This document shows, one piece after another, positions 43,750-62,200 of a DNA stretch of 64,000 nucleotides. This DNA is from Bugula neritina (Eukaryota; Animalia; Bryozoa): NCBI GenBank assembly GCA_964035545.1, contig CAXIUT010000183.1, positions 682,001 to 746,000 of the forward strand. The letters run 5' to 3'. Every line of letters starts with the position of its first letter. The stretch's first letter is position 1. The position numbers and the translations under genes are program-made. The notes beneath the pieces were generated by a model. The model was not told the origin of the DNA. It worked only from the letters and a program-made list of their open reading frames with translations, and did not search any database.

Positions 43750-46700
43750 AACATACTGAAACATGCTGTAGCACACTGAAATAGACTGCAGCTCACTGAA
43801 ATATACTGCAACATACTGAAATTCACTGCAGCCTCCTACAACATGCTGAAATACACTGTAACATATTGAAATACACTGCAACACATTGAAATATACTGCA
43901 ACATACCGCAATATATGGTAAACTACTGAAATATACTGTAACACATTGAAAAATACTGCATCATACTGAAATATACTGCGACATAATGCAATATTCTGTA
44001 ACATACTGAGATATGCTGTAGCACACTGAAATACACTGCAACTCACTGAAACATACTGCAACATACTGAAATACACTGTAACATCCTACAACATACTGAA
44101 ATACACAGTAACATATTGAAATACACTGCAACACATTGAAATATACTGCAACATACCTAAATATACGGTAATATACTGAAATATACTGTAACACATTGAA
44201 AAATACTGCAAGATACTGAAATATACTGTGACACATTGTAATATACTGTAACATACTGAAATATGCTCAAGCACACTGAAATACACTGCACCTCACTGAA
44301 ATATACTGCAACATACTGAAATACACTGCAACATCCTACAACATACTGAAATACACTGCAACATATTGAAAGACACTGCAAGACAATGAAATATACTGCA
44401 ACATACCAAAATACATGGTAAACCACTGAAATATATTTTAACACATTGAAAAATACTGCAACATACTGAAATTTACTGTAACACACTGAAATATACTGCA
44501 ACATACTGAAATACACTGCTACATACTGAAATATACTGCAACATACTGCAACATACTGAAATACACTGTAACATACTGAAATACACTGCAACAAACTACA
44601 AGATATTGAAATACACTGCAACACATTGAAATATACTGCAACATACCTAAATATACGGTAATAAAGCGGAAAAAAAACTGTAACAGATTGAAAAATTCTG
44701 CAACATACTGAAATATACTGCGACACATTGCAATATACTGTAACATACTGAAATATGCTCTAGCACACTGAAATACACTGCAACATACCATAATAAATGG
44801 TAAACTACTGAAATATACTTCAACACATTGAAAAATACTGCAACATACTGAAATATACTGTAACACACTGAAATATACTGCACCATACTGAAATACACTG
44901 TAACATACTGAAATAAACTGCAACATACTGAAATACACTGCAACATCCTACAACATACTGAAATACACTGTCACATATTGAAACATACCGCAACATACTG
45001 CAACATACTGAAATACACTGTAACATACTGAAATACACTGCAAAATACTACAACATATTGAAATACACTGCAACACATTGAAATATACTGCAACATACCT
45101 AAATATACGGTAGTATACTGAAATACACTGCAACCCACTGAAATACATCGCAAACACTACAACATACTGAAATACACTGTAACATATTGAAATACACTGC
45201 AACATATTGAAATACACTGCAACCTACAGAAATATATGGTAAACTACTGAAATATACTGTAACACATTGAAAAATACTGAAACATACTGAAATATACTGC
45301 AACACATCGCAATATTCTGTAACATACTGAAATATGCTGTAGCACACTGAAATACACTGCAACTCACTGAAATATACTGCAATATACTGAAATACACTGC
45401 AACATCCTACAACATACTGAAATACACTGCAACATACTGAAACACACTGTAACATATTGAAACATACCACAACATACTGCAACATACTGAAATACACTGT
45501 AACATACCGAAATACACTGCAAAATACTACAACATATTGAAATACACTGCAACACATTGAAATATACTGCAACATACCCAAATATACGGTAATATACTGA
45601 AATATACTGTAACACCTTGAAAAATACTGCAACATACTGAATTATACTGCAAGATACTGCAACATACTGAAATACACTGTAACATACTGAAACACACTGC
45701 AACATACTGCATTATACTGACATACACTGGAACATATTGAAATACACTGCAACATCCTACAACATGCTGAAATACACTGTAACATATTGAAATACACTAC
45801 AACACATTGAAATACACTGCAACAAACCGAAATACATGGTAAACTACTGAAATATACTGTAACACATTGAAAAATACTGCAACATACTGAAATATACTGC
45901 GACACATTGCAATATACTGTAACATACTGAAATATGCTCTAGCACACTGAAATACACTGCAACTCACTGAAATATACTGGAACATATTGAAATACACTGC
46001 AACACATTGAAAGTTACTGCATCATACCAAAATATATGGTAAACTACGGAAATATACTTTAACACATTGAAAAATACTGCAACATACTGAAATATACTGT
46101 AACACACTGAAATATACTGCAACATCCTGAAATACACTGTAACATACTGAAATAAACTGCAACATACTGAATTACACTATAACATACTGAAATACACTGC
46201 AAAATACTCCAACATATTGAATTACACTGCAACACATTGAAATATACTGCAACATACCTAAATATCCGGTAATATACTGAAATACACTGTAACACATTGA
46301 AAAATACTGCAACATACTGAAATACACTGCAACCCACTGAAATACATCGCAAAACACTACAACATACTGAAATACACTGTAACATATTGAAATACACTGC
46401 AACACATTGAAATATACTGCAACCTACAGAAATATATGGTAAACTACTGAATTATACTGTAACACATTGAAAAATACTGCAACACACTGAAATATACTGC
46501 GACACATTGCAATATACTGTAACATACTGAGATATGCTGTAGCACACTGAAATACACTACAACTCACTGAAATATACTGCAACATACTGAATTACACTGC
46601 AACATCCTACAACATACTGAAATACACAGTAACATATTGAAATACACTGCAACACATTGAAATATACTGCAACATACCTAAATATACGGTAATATACTGA

Positions 46701-49700
46701 AATATACTGCAACACATTGAAAAATACTGCAAGATACTGAAATATACTGTGACACATTGCAATATACTGTAACATACTGAAATCTGCTGTAGCACACTGA
46801 AATACACTGCAACTCACTGAAATATACTGCAATAGACTGAAATACACTGCAACATCGTACAACATGCTGAAATACACTTCAACATATTGAACTCCACTGC
46901 AACACATTGAAATATACTGCAACATACCGAAATATATGGTAAACTACTGAAATTTACTGTAACACATTGAAAAATACTGCAACATACTGAAACATGCTGT
47001 AGCACACTGAAATAGACTGCAGCTCACTGAAATATACTGCAACATACTGAAATTCACTGCAGCCTCCTACAACATGCTGAAATACACTGTAACATATTGA
47101 AATACACTGCAACACATTGAAATATACTGCAACATACCGCAATATATGGTAAACTACTGAAATATACTGTAACACATTGAAAAATACTGCATCATACTGA
47201 AATATACTGCGACACAATGCAATATTCTGTAACATACTGAGATATGCTGTAGCACACTGAAATACACTACAACTCACTGAAACATACTGCAACATACTGA
47301 AATACACTGTAACATCCTACAACATACTGAAATACACAGTAACATATTGAAATACACTGCAACACATTGAAATATACTGCAACATACCTAAATATACGGT
47401 AATATACTGAAATATACTGTAACACATTGAAAAATACTGCAAGATACTGAAATATACTGTGACACATTGTAATATACTGTAACATACTGAAATATGCTCA
47501 AGCACACTGAAATACACTGCACCTCACTGAAATATACTGCAACATACTGAAATACACTGCAACATCCTACAACATACTGAAATACACTGCAACATATTGA
47601 AAGACACTGCAAGACAATGAAATATACTGCAACATACCAAAATACATGGTAAACCACTGAAATATATTTTAACACATTGAAAAATACTGCAACATACTGA
47701 AATTTACTGTAACACACTGAAATATACTGCAACATACTGAAATACACTGCTACATACTGAAATATACTGCAACATACTGCAACATACTGAAATACACTGT
47801 AACATACTGAAATACACTGCAACAAACTACAAGATATTGAAATACACTGCAACACATTGAAATATACTGCAACATACCTAAATATACGGTAATAAAGCGG
47901 AAAAAAAACTGTAACAGATTGAAAAATTCTGCAACATACTGAAATATACTGCGACACATTGCAATATACTGTAACATACTGAAATATGCTCTAGCACACT
48001 GAAATACACTGCAACATACCATAATAAATGGTAAACTACTGAAATATACTTCAACACATTGAAAAATACTGCAACATACTGAAATATACTGTAACACACT
48101 GAAATATACTGCACTATACTGAAATACACTGTAACATACTGAAATAAACTGCAACATACTGAAATACACTGCAACATCCTACAACATACTGAAATACACT
48201 GTCACATATTGAAACATACCGCAACATACTGCAACATACTGAAATACACTGTAACATACTGAAATACACTGCAAAATACTACAACATATTGAAATACACT
48301 GCAACACATTGAAATATACTGCAACATACCTAAATATACGGTAGTATACTGAAATACACTGCAACCCACTGAAATACATCGCAAACACTACAACATACTG
48401 AAATACACTGTAACATATTGAAATACACTGCAACATATTGAAATACACTGCAACCTACAGAAATATATGGTAAACTACTGAAATATACTGTAACACATTG
48501 AAAAATACTGAAACATGCTGAAATATACTGCAACACATCGCAATATTCTGTAACATACTGAAATATGCTGTAGCACACTGAAATACACTGCAACTCACTG
48601 AAATATACTGCAATATACTGAAATACACTGCAACATCCTACAACATACTGAAATACACTGCAACATACTGAAACACACTGTAACATATTGAAACATACCA
48701 CAACATACTGCAACATACTGAAATACACTGTAACATACCGAAATACACTGCAAAATACTACAACATATTGAAATACACTGCAACACATTGAAATATACTG
48801 CAACATACCCAAATATACGGTAATATACTGAAATATACTGTAACACCTTGAAAAATACTGCAACATACTGAATTATACTGCAAGATACTGCAACATACTG
48901 AAATACACTGTAACATACTGAAACACACTGCAACATACTGCATTATACTGACATACACTGGAACATATTGAAATACACTGCAACATCCTACAACATGCTG
49001 AAATACACTGTAACATATTGAAATACACTACAACACATTGAAATACACTGCAACAAACCGAAATACATGGTAAACTACTGAAATATACTGTAACACATTG
49101 AAAAATACTGCAACATACTGAAATATACTGCGACACATTGCAATATACTGTAACATACTGAAATATGCTCTAGCACACTGAAATACACTGCAACTCACTG
49201 AAATATACTGGAACATATTGAAATACACTGCAACACATTGAAAGTTACTGCATCATACCAAAATATATGGTAAACTACGGAAATATACTTTAACACATTG
49301 AAAAATACTGCAACATACTGAAATATACTGTAACACACTGAAATATACTGCAACATCCTGAAATACACTGTAACATACTGAAATAAACTGCAACATACTG
49401 AATTACACTATAACATACTGAAATACACTGCAAAATACTCCAACATATTGAATTACACTGCAACACATTGAAATATACTGCAACATACCTAAATATCCGG
49501 TAATATACTGAAATACACTGTAACACATTGAAAAATACTGCAACATACTGAAATACACTGCAACCCACTGAAATACATCGCAAAACACTACAACATACTG
49601 AAATACACTGTAACATATTGAAATACACTGCAACACATTGAAATATACTGCAACCTACAGAAATATATGGTAAACTACTGAAATATATTGTAACACATTG

Positions 49701-50211
49701 AAAAATACTGCAACACACTGAAATATACTGCGACACATTGCAATATACTGTAACATACTGAGATATGCTGTAGCACACTGAAATACACTACAACTCACTG
49801 AAATATACTGCAACATACTGAATTACACTGCAACATCCTACAACATACTGAAATACACAGTAACATATTGAAATACACTGCAACACATTGAAATATACTG
49901 CAACATACCTAAATATACGGTAATATACTGAAATATACTGCAACACATTGAAAAATACTGCAAGATACTGAAATATACTGTGACACATTGCAATATACTG
50001 TAACATACTGAAATCTGCTGTAGCACACTGAAATACACTGCAACTCACTGAAATATACTGCAATAGACTGAAATACACTGCAACATCGTACAACATGCTG
50101 AAATACACTTCAACATATTGAACTCCACTGCAACACATTGAAATATACTGCAACATACCGAAATATATGGTAAACTACTGAAATTTACTGTAACACATTG
50201 AAAAATACTGC
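43750..50211. repeat. 3,231-bp tandem duplication within the satellite (43750-46980 / 46981-50211)
   Basis: ORF pairs 44157/47388, 44519/47750, 45099/48330, 45642/48873 and 46557/49788 all differ by 3,231, with near-identical translations. Confidence 0.9.
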
Positions 50212-53200
50212 AACATACTGAAATATACTGCGACACATTGCAATATACTGTAAAATACTGAAATATGCTCTCGCACACTGAAATACACTGCAACTCACTG
50301 AAATATACTGGAACATACTGAAATACACTGCAACACATTGAAATTTACTGCAACATACCAAAATATATGGTAAACTACTGAAATATACTTTAACACATTG
50401 AAAAATACTGCAACATACTGAAATATACTGTGACACACTGAAATATACTGCAACATACTGAAATACACTGTAACATACTGAAATAAACTGCAACATACTG
50501 AAGTACACTAGAACATCCTACAACATACTGAAATACACTGTTACATAATGAAATACACTGCAACACATCGAATTATACTGCATTGTACTTAAATATACGG
50601 TAATATACTGAAATATACTGTAACACATTGAAAAATACTGCAACATACTGAAATACACTGCAACACACTGAAATACTTCGCAAAATACTACAACTTACTG
50701 AAATACACTGCAACACATTGAAATATACTGCAACCTACGGAAATATATGGTAAACTACTGAAATATACTGTAACACATTGCAAAATACTGCAAGATACTG
50801 AAATATACTGCGACACATTGCAATATACTGTAACATACTGAAATATGCTGTAGCACACTGAAATACACTGCAACTCACTGAAATATACTGCAATACACTG
50901 AAATGCACTGCAACATCCTACAACATACTGAAATACACTGCAACATAATGAAATGCACTGCAACACATTGAAATATACTGCAACATACCGAAATATATGG
51001 TAAATTACTGAAATATACTGTAACACATTGAAAGATACTGAAACATACTGAAATATACTGCGACACATTGCAATATACTGTAACATACTGAAATATCCTG
51101 TAGCACACTGAAATACACTGCAACTCACTGAAATATACTGCAATATACTGAAATACACTGCAACATCCTACAACATACTGAAATACACTGCAACATATTG
51201 AAATACACTGTAACATATTGAAACATACTGCAACATACTGCAACATATTGAAATACACTGCAACATACTGAAATACACTGCTACATACTGAAATATAATT
51301 CAACATACTGCAACGTACTGAAATACACTGTAACATATTGAAATACACTGCAACATACTACAAAATATTGAAATACACTGCAACACATTGAAATATACTC
51401 CAATATACCTAAATATGCGGTAATATACCGAAAAACACTGTAACGCATTGAAAAATACTGCAACATACAGAAATACACTGTAACATATTGAAATACATTG
51501 CAACACATTGAAATATACTGCAACCTTCAGAAACATATGGTAAACTACTGAAATATACTGTAACACATTGAAAAATACTGCAACACACTGAAATATACTG
51601 CGACACATTGCAATATACTGTAACATACTGAAATATGCTGTAGCACACTGAAATACACTACAACTCACTGAAATATACTGCAACATACTGAAATACACTG
51701 CAACATCGTACAACATGCTGAAATACACTTCAACATATTGAACTACACTGCAACACATTGAAATATACTGCAACATACCGAAATATATGGTAAACTACTG
51801 AAATATACTGTAACAAATTGAAAAATACTGCAACATACTGAAATATACTGCGACACATTGCAATATACTGTAACATACTGAAATATGCTCTAGCACACTG
51901 AAATACACTGCAACTCACTGAAATATACTGGAACATATTGAAATACACTGCAACACATTGAAATATACTGCAACATACCAAAATATATGGTAAACTACTG
52001 AAATATACTTTAACACATTGAAAAATACTGCAACATGCTGAAATATACTGTAACACACTGAAATATACTGCAACACACTGAAATACACTGTAACATACTG
52101 AAATAAACTGCAACATACTGAAGTACACTAGAACATCCTACAACATACTGAAATACACTGTTACATAATGAAATACACTGCAACACATCGAATTATACTG
52201 CATTGTACCTAAATATACGGTAATATACTGAAATATACTGTAACACATTGAAAAATACTGCAACATACTGAAATACACTGCAACACACTGAAATACTTCG
52301 CAAAATACTACAACTTACTGAAATACACTGCAACACATTGAAATATACTGCAACCTACGGAAATATATGGTAAACTACTGAAATATACTGTAACACATTG
52401 AAAAATACTGCAACATACTGAAATATACTCTGACACAATGCAATATTCTGGTACAAACTGAGATATGCCGTAGCACACCGATATACACTGCAACTCACTG
52501 AAATATACTGCAACATACTGAAATACACTGTAACGTCCTACAACATACTGAAATACATAGTAAGATATTGAAATACACTGCAACACATTGAAATATACTG
52601 CAACATACTGAAATACACTGCAACATCCTACAACATACTGAAATACACTGCAACATATTGAAAGACACTGCAAGACATTAAAATATACTTCAACATACCA
52701 AAATACATGGTAAACTACTGAAATATACTTTAACACATTGAAAAATACTGTAACATACTGAAATATACTGTAACACACTGAAATATACTGCAACATACTG
52801 AAATACACTGCTACATACTGAAATATACTGCAACATACTGCAACATACTGAAATACACTGTAACATACTGAAATACACTGCAACAAACTGCAACATATTG
52901 AAATCCACTGCAACCTATTGAAATATACTGCAACATACCCAAATATACGGTAATATACTGAAATATACTGTAACACCTTGAAAAATACTGCAACATACTG
53001 AATTATACTGCAAGATACTGCAACATACTGAAATACACTGTAACATACTGAAACACACTGCAACATACTGCATTATACTGACATACACTGGAACATATTG
53101 AAATACACTGCAACATCCTACAACATGCTGAAATACACTGTAACATATTGAAATACACTACAACACATTGAAATACACTGCAACAAACCGAAATACATGG

Positions 53201-56200
53201 TAAACTACTGAAATATACTGTAACACATTGAAAAATACTGCAACATACTGAAATATACTGCGACACATTGCAATATACTGTAACATACTGAAATATACTG
53301 CAACATACTGAAATACACTGTAACATACTGAAATAAACTGCAACATACTGAAATACACTGCTACATACTGAAATATAACTCAACATACTGCAACGTACTG
53401 AAATACACTGTAACATATTGAAATACACTGCAACATACTACAAAATATTGAAATACACTGCAACACATTGAAATATACTCCAATATACCTAAATATACGG
53501 TAATATATCGAAAAACACTGTAAAGCATTGAAAAATACTGCAACATACAGAAATACACTGCAACACTATAATACACTGCACAATACTACAACATACTGAA
53601 ATACACTGTCACATGTTGAAATACACTGCAACACATTGAAATATACTGCAACATACCGAAATATATGGTAAACGATTGAAATATACTGTAACACATTGAA
53701 AAAAACTGCAACATACTGAAATACACTACAACCCACTGAAATATATTGCAAAATACTACAACATACTGAAATACACTGTAACATATTGAAATACACTGCA
53801 ACACATTGAAATATACTGCAACATACGGAAATATATGGTTAACTACTGAAATATACTGTAACACATTGAAAAATACTGCAACATACTGAAATATACTCTG
53901 ACACAATGCAATATTCTGTTACATACTGAGATATGCCGTAGCACACTGAAATACACTGCAACTCACTGAAATATACTGCAACATACTGAAATACACTGTA
54001 ACATCCTACAACATACTGAAATACATAGTAACATATTGAAATACACTGCAACACATTGAAATATACTGCAACATACCTAAATATACGGTAATATACTGAA
54101 ATATACTGTAACACATTGCAAAAATACTGCAAGATACTGAAATATACTGCGACACATTGCAATATACTGTAACATACTGAAATATCCTGTAGCACACTGA
54201 AATACACTGCAACTCACTGAAATATACTGCAGTATACTGAAATACACTGCAACATCCTACAACATACTGAAATACACTGCAACATATTGAAATACACTGT
54301 AACATATTGAAACATACTGCAACATACTGCAACATATTGAAATACACTGCAACATACTGAAATACACTGCTACATACTGAAATATAATTCAACATACTGC
54401 AACGCACTGAAATACACTGTAACATATTGAAATACACTGCAACATACTACAAAATATTGAAATACACTGCAACACATTGAAATATACTCCAATATACCTA
54501 AATATACGGTAATATACCGAAAAACACTGTAACGCATTGAAAAACACTGCAACATACAGAAATACACTGTAACATATTGAAATACACTGCAACACATTGA
54601 AATTTACTGCAACCTACAGAAATATATGGTAAACTACTGAAATATACTGTAACACATTGAAAAATACTGCAACACACTGAAATATACTGCGACACATTGC
54701 AATATACTGTAACATACTGAGATATGCTGTAGCACACTGAAATACACTACAACTCACTGAAATATACTGCAACATACTGAAATACACTGCAACATCCTAC
54801 AACATACTGAAATACACTGTCACATATTGAAATACACTGCAACACATTGAATTATACCGCAACATACCGAAATATATGGTAAACTATTGAAATATACTGT
54901 AACACATTGAAAAATACTGAAACATACTGAAATATTCTGCGACACATTTCAATATACTGTAACATACTGAAATATGCTGTAGCACACTGAAATACACTGC
55001 AACTCACCGAAATATATTGCAACATACTGAAATACACAGTAACATATTGAAACATACTGCAACATACTGCAACATAGTGAAATACACTGTAACATACTGA
55101 AAGACACTGCAAAATACTACAACATACTGAAATACACTGCAACCCACTGAAATACATCGCAAAACACTACAACATACTGAAATACACTGTAACATATTGA
55201 AATACACTGCAACACATTGAAATATACTGCAACCTACAGAAATATATGGTAAACTACTGAAATATGCTGTAACACATTGAAAAATACTGCAACACACTGA
55301 AATATACTGCGACACATTGCAATATACTGTAACATACTGAGATATGCTGTAGCACACTGAAGTACACTACAACTCACTGAAATATACTGCAACATACTGA
55401 ATTACACTGCAACATCCTACAACATACTGAAATACACAGTAACATATTGAAATACACTGCAACACATTGAAATATACTGCAACATACCTAGATATACGGT
55501 AATATACTGAAATATACTGCAACACATTGAAAAATACTGCAAGATACTGAAATATACTGTGACACATTGCAATATACTGTAACATACTGAAATCTGCTGT
55601 AGCACACTGAAATACACTGCAACTCACTGAAATATACTGGAACATACTGAAATACACTGCAACACATTGAAATTTACTGCAACATACTAAAATACATGGT
55701 AAACTACTGAAATATACTTTAACACATTGAAAAATACTGCAACATACTGAAATATACTGTAACACACTGAAATATACTGCAACATACTGAAATACACTGT
55801 AACATACTGAAATAAACTGCAACATACTGAAGTACACTACAACATCCTACAACATACTGAAATACACTGTTACATAATGAAATACACTGCAACACATCGA
55901 ATTATACTGCATTGTACCTAAATATACGGTAATATACTGAAATATACTGTAACACCTTGAAAAATACTGCAACATACTGAAATACACTGCAACACACTGA
56001 AATACTTCGCAAAATACTACAACTTACTGAAATACACTGCAACACATTGAAATATACTGCAACCTACGAAATATATGGTAAACTACTGAAATATACTGTA
56101 ACACATATAAAAATATTGCAAGATACTGAAATATACTGCGACACATTGCAATATACTGTAACATACTGAAATATGCTGTAGCGCACTGAAATACACTGCA

Positions 56201-59200
56201 ACTCACTGAAATATACTGCAATACACTGAAATGCACTGCAACATCCTACAACATACTGAAATACACTGCAACATAATGAAATACACTGCAACACATTGAA
56301 ATATACTGCAACATACCGAAATATATGGTAAATTACTGAAATATGCTGTAACACATTGAAAAATACTGCAACATACTGAAATACACTGCAACAGACTGAA
56401 ATACTTCGCAAAATACTACAACTTACTGAAATACACTGCAACACATTGAAATATACTGCAACCTACGGAAATATATGGTAAACTACTGAAATATACTGTA
56501 ACACATTGAAAAATACTGCAACATACTGAAATATACTCTGACACAATGCAATATTCTGTTACATACTGAGATATGCCGTAGCACACTGATATACACTGCA
56601 ACTCACTGAAATATACTGCAACATACTGAAATACACTGTAACGTCCTACAACATACTGAAATACATAGTAAGATATTGAAATACACTGCAACACATTGAA
56701 ATATACTGCAACATACTGAAATACACTGCAACATCCTACAACATACTGAAATAGACTGCAACATATTGAAAGACACTGCGAGACATTGAAATATACTGCA
56801 ACATACCAAAATACATGGTAAACTACTGAAATATACTTTAACACATTGAAAAATACTGTAACATACTGAAATATACTGTAACACACTGAAATATACTGCA
56901 ACATACTGAAATACACTGCTACATACGGAAATATACTGCAACATATTGCAAAATACTTAAATACACTGTAACATACTGAAATACACTGCAACAAACTGCA
57001 ACATATTGAAATACACTGCAACCTATTGAAATATACTGCAACATACCTAAATATACGGTAATATACCGAAAAAAAACCTGCAATATACTGAAATTAACTG
57101 CAACACACTGATATACTTTGCAAAATACTACAACATACTGAAATACACTGTAACATATTGAAATACACTGCAACACTTTGAAATATACTGCAACATACTG
57201 AAATATACTGCGACACATTCTAATATAGTGTAACATACTGAAATATGCTATAGCACACTAAAAAACACTGCAAATCACTGAAATATACTGCAACATATTG
57301 AAATACACTGCAACATTCTACAACATGCTGAAACACACTGTAACATATTGAAATACACTGCAACACACTAAAATACTTTGCAAAATACTGCAACATACCG
57401 AAATATATGGTAAACTACTGAAATATACTGTAACACATTGCAAAATACTGCAACATACTGAAATAGACTGCGACACATTGCAATATACTGTACCATACTG
57501 AAATATGCTCTAGCACACTGAAATACACTGCAACTCACTGAAATATACTGGAACATATTGAAATACACTGCAACACATTGAAATATACTGCAACATACCA
57601 AAATATATGGTAAACTACTGAAATATACTTTAACACATTGAAAAATACTGCAACATACTGAAATATACTGTAACACACTGAAATATACTGCAACATACTG
57701 AAATACACTGTAACATACTGAAATAAACTGCAACATACTGAAGTACACTAGAACATCATACAACATACTGAAATACACTGTTACATAATGAAATACACTG
57801 CAACACATCGAATTATACTGCATTCTACCCAAATATACGGTAATATACTGAAATATACTGTAACACATTGAAAAATACTGCAACATACTGAATTACACTG
57901 CAACACACTGAAATACTTCGCAAAATACTACAACTTACTGAAATACACTGCAACACATTGAAATATACTGCAACCTACGAAAATATATGGTAAACTACTG
58001 AAATATACTGTAACACATTGAAAAATACTGCAACATACTGAAATATACTCTGACACAATGCAATATTCTGTTACATACTGAGATATGCCGTAGCACACTG
58101 ATATACACTGCAACTCACTGAAATATACTGCAACATACTGAAAGAGACTGTAATGTCCTACAACATACTGAAATACATAGTAAGATATTGAAATACACTG
58201 CAACACATTGAAATATACTGCAACATACTGAAATACACTGCAACATCCTACAACACACTGAAATACACTGCAACATATTGAAAGACACTGCAAGACATTG
58301 AAATATACTGCAACATACCAAAATACATGGTAAACTACTGAAATATACTTTAACACATCGAAAAATACTGTAACATACTGAAATATACTGTAACACACTG
58401 AAATATACTGCAACATACTGAAATACACCGCTACATACTGAAATATACTGCAACATACTGCAAAATACTGAAATACACTGTAACATACTGAAATGCACTG
58501 CAACAAACTGCAACATATTGAAATACACTGCAACCTATTGAAATATACTGCAACATACCTAAATATACGGTAATATACCGAAAAAAAACCTGTATTAGAC
58601 TGAAAAATTCTGCAACATACTGAAATAAACTGCAACACACTGAAATACTTTGCAAAATACTACAACATACTGAAATACACTGTAACATATTGAAATACAC
58701 TGCAACACTTTGAAATATACTGCAACATACTGAAATATACTGCGACACATTCTAATATAGTGTAACATACTGAAATATGCTATAGCGCACTAAAAAACAC
58801 TGCAAATCACTGAAATATACTGCAACATATTGAAATACACTGCAACATTCTACAACATGCTGATACACACTGTAACATATTGAAATACACTGCAACACAC
58901 TGAAATACTTTGCAAAATACTGCAACATACCGAAATATATGGTAAACTACTGAAATATACTGTAACACATTGCAAAATACTGCAACATACTGAAATAGAC
59001 TGCGACACATTGCAATATACTGTACCATACTGAAATATGCTCTAGCACACTGAAATACACTGCAACTCACTGAAATATACTGCAACATACTGAAATACAC
59101 TGCAACACATTGAAATATACCGCAACATACCAAAATATATGGTAAACTACTGAAATATACTTTAACACATTGAAAAATACTGCAACATACTGAAATATAC

Positions 59201-62200
59201 TGTAACACACTGAAATAAACTGCAACATACTGAAATACACTGTAACATACTGAAATAAACTGGAATATACTGAATTACACTGCTACATACTGAAATATAA
59301 TCCAACATACTGCAACGTACTGAAACACACTGTATCATATTGAAATACACTGCAACATACTACAAAACATTGAAATACACTGCAACACATTGAAACATAC
59401 TGCAACATACCGAAATATATGGTAAACTATTGAAATATACTGTAACACATTGAAAGATACTGAAACATACTGAAATATACTGCGACACATTGCAATATAC
59501 TGTAACATACTGAAATATCCTGTAGCACACTGAAATACACTGCAACTCACTGAAATATACTGCAATATACTGAAATACACTGCAACATCCTACAAAATAT
59601 TGAAAAACACTGCAACACATTGAAATATACTGCAACATACCGAAATATATGGTAAACTATTGAAATATACTGTAACACATTGAAAGATACTGAAACATAC
59701 TGAAATATACTGCGACACATTGCAATATACTGTAACATACTGAAATGTCCTGTAGCACACTGAAATACACTGCAACTCACTGAAATATACTGCAATATAC
59801 TGAAATACACTGCAACATCCTACAACATACTGAAATACACTGCAACATATTGAAATACACTGTAACATATTGAAACATACTGCAACATACTGCAACATAT
59901 TGGAATACACTGCAACACTATAATACACTGCAAAATACTACAACATACTGAAATACACTGTCACATATTGAAACATACCGCAACATACTGCAACATACTG
60001 AAACACACTGCAAAATTTTACAACATATTGAAATACACTGCAACACATTGAAATATACTCCAACATACCTAAATATACGGTAATATACTGAAATACAATG
60101 CAACACATTGAAATATACTGCAACATACCGAAATATATGGTAAACTATTGAAATATACTGTAACACATTGAAAAATACTGAAACATACTAAAATATACTG
60201 CGACACATTGCAATATACTGTAACATACTGAAATATCCTGTAGCACACTGAAATACACTGCAACTCACTGAAATATACTGCAATATACTGAAATACACTG
60301 CAACATATTGAAATACACTGTAACATATTGAAACATACTGCAACATACTGCAACATACTGAAATACACTGTAACATACTGAAATAAACAGCAACATACTG
60401 AAATACACTGCTACATACTGAAATATAACTCAACATACTGCAACGTACTGAAATACACTGTAACATATTGAAATACACTGCAACATACTACAAAATATTG
60501 AAATACACTACAACCCACTGAAATATACTGCAACATACTGAAATACACTGCAACACATTGAAATATACCGCAACATACCAAAATATATGGTAAACTACTG
60601 AAATATACTTTAACACATTGAAAAATAGTGCAACATACAGAAATACACTGCAACACTATAATACACTGCACAATACTACAACATACTGAAATACACTGTC
60701 ACATGTTGAAATACACTGCAACACATTGAAATATACTGCAACATACCGAAATATATGGTAAACGATTGAAATATACTGTAACACCTTGAAAAAAACTGCA
60801 ACATACTGGAATACACTACAACCCACTGAAATATATTGCAAAATACTACAACATACTGAAATACACTGTAACATATTGAAATACACTGCAACACATTGAA
60901 ATATACTGCAACATACGGAAATATATGGTTAACTACTGAAATATACTGTAACACATTGAGAAATACTGCAACATACTGAAATATACTCTGACACAATGCA
61001 ATATTCTGTTACATACTGAGATATGCCGTAGCACACTGAAATACACTGCAACTCACTGAAATATACTGCAACATACTGAAATACACTGTAACATCCTACA
61101 ACATACTGAAATACATAGTAACATATTGAAATACACTGCAACACATTGAAATATACTGCAACATACCTAAATATACGGTAATATACTGAAATATACTGTA
61201 ACACATATAAAAATATTGCAAGATACTGAAATATACTGCGACACATTGCAATATACTGTAACATACTGAAATATCCTGTAGCACACTGAAATACACTGCA
61301 ACTCACTGAAATATACTGCAGTATACTGAAATACACTGCAACATCCTACAACATACTGAAATACACTGCAACATATCGAAATACACTGTAACATATTGAA
61401 ACATACTGCAACATACTGCAACATATTGAAATACACTGCAACATACTGAAATACACTGCTACATACTGAAATATAATTCAACATACTGCAACGTACTGAA
61501 ATACACTGTAACATATTGAAATACACTGCAACATACTACAAAATATTGAAATACACTGCAACACATTGAAATATACTCCAATATACCTAAATATACGGTA
61601 ATATACCGAAAAACACTGTAACGCATTGAAAAATACTGCAACATACAGAAATACACTGTAACATATTGAAATACACTGCAACACATTGAAATTTACTGCA
61701 ACCTACAGAAATATATGGTAAACTACTGAAATATACTGTAACACATTGAAAAATACTGCAACACACTGAAATATACTGCGACACATTGCAATATACTGTA
61801 ACATACTGAGATATGCTGTAGCACACTGAAATACACTACAACTCACTGAAATATACTGCAACATACTGAAATACACTGCAACATCCTACAACATACTGAA
61901 ATACACTGTCACATATTGAAATACACTGCAACACATTGAAATCTACCGCAACATACCGAAATATATGGTAAACTATTGAAATATACTGTAACACATTGAA
62001 AAATACTGAAACATACTGAAATATTCTGCGACACATTGCAATATACTGTAACATACTGAAATATGCTGTAGCACACTGAAATACACTGCAACTCACCGAA
62101 ATATATTGCAACATACTGAAATACACAGTAACATATTGAAACATACTGCAACATACTGCAACATACTGAAATACACTGTAACATACTGAAAGACACTGCA

